Assembly: GCF_001194135.2 (NCBI RefSeq)
Contig: NC_068993.1
Coordinates: forward strand, 51,838,264 to 51,888,696
Direction: 5' to 3'
DNA from: Octopus bimaculoides
Taxonomy: Eukaryota
DNA length: 50,433 nucleotides
Position numbers and translations under genes: made by a program
The notes under the pieces: model-generated
Seen by the model: the letters and a program-made list of their open reading frames with translations, nothing else
Database searches by the model: none
Told to the model about the DNA's origin: nothing
Part shown: positions 49,289 through 50,433 of the stretch, piece by piece
Numbering within the stretch: the stretch's first letter is position 1
Layout of the letters: each line of letters begins with the position of its first letter

Positions 49289-49679
49289 CAGGGAATGATA
49301 CTAAAGCCATGATTGTAAACGAGCTTCTGAAACACACAGACATGCCTGTTCCTATAATGTATGCGTAATTTTTAATTTTTAATTTTTTGTTAATTACAAT
49401 ATTTTCTTTTTCAATAGTCGCTTTCTCATTAACGTTTTTTTCTTTCTCTTTCCATATTTTCCTACTCCGTTGTCTTTTCCTTTTCTTCTTTTCCTTCCAT
49501 ATTTTTCAACCTCACCATTTACGTTTTTCCTCGTGTTTGTATTTTTATAAACCAACGGTCTGTCCATCTACGCACCCTCTACTTTTCTCAGTCCACTATC
49601 TATAACTACAATTGTATTTCTATCTTCTTTTTTTTAAACACTGTGTTCTATATCTATATGTATGTGTATGTATACATAT

Positions 49680-49723
49680 ATTCCTGTGTCTATATCTATA
49701 TCCATCTACCTATCTATCTCTCA

Positions 49724-49819
<96 letters not shown>

Positions 49820-49950
49820 GTATATGTGCGTGTGTATATATGTGTACATATATGACATATAGAGAGATAGATAGATAGATGTATATGTATATATATGTGC
49901 CTATGTATATATGCATGCATGTATGTATACATGTATATATTTCTGCGCAT
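49680..49950. repeat. (TA)n and related compound microsatellite
   Basis: Directly visible. Confidence 0.95.
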
Positions 49951-50400
49951 GAGTGTGTGTGTCTGTGTGTGTCTGTGTCTGTGTGTGCACGAGCGTGCGT
50001 GTTCGTGTATGAAAGGAATAGAATATATTAAGAAGTAAAAATTAATAAATAAGTAAAGTTACTAAATAAATAACCCCAAAGTATCAACGTATCCAAATCA
50101 AGAAGTCCATACATAAATAGATAAATCCTCTACGAAAAATGCTGATCACGGGATCTATAGAGAACACCTTTGGATAATTCTAACCGACAGCTTAATCAAG
50201 CATGTTTTAGGCTTTGAATGTGTGATTCTCTGTCCCGCTCTTCTCTCAACCTCTCCTCCTTCGAATTCCATACACATACATACCTACGTATTCACACACA
50301 CACACTCTCACACACACACATACGCATATATATCCATATATCTATACATACATATATATATTAATATATATATATACATATATATGTGTATGTATATATG

Positions 50401-50433
<33 letters not shown>

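Overview
AT-rich animal genomic DNA saturated with microsatellites, with about 21 N-gaps (roughly 6.9 kb, ~14%), nearly all bordered by simple repeats. The SINE families and microsatellite density suggest a coleoid cephalopod such as Octopus; this is an inference from recalled repeat sequences. No host protein-coding gene can be supported, and almost all listed ORFs are artefacts of simple repeats or N-runs. What can be read is a transposon graveyard. It holds several Penelope-like element (PLE) remnants (an RT domain, two different GIY-YIG endonuclease C-termini, a possible N-terminus) and three 3' ends of restriction-like-endonuclease (RLE; R2/R4/NeSL group) LINEs. It also holds an RTE-like insertion, two putative L1/Tx1-like ends, three tRNA-derived SINE families, mariner- and hAT-type MITEs, satellites and two near-perfect hairpins. 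The standout is a ~400-bp fold-back element (6449-6845). Its arms carry type I minimal hammerhead ribozyme motifs on opposite strands: a near-intact one on + (CUGAUGA...GAAAC-AGCU-GUA) and a decayed one on -. This fits an inverted Penelope pLTR or retrozyme-like unit.
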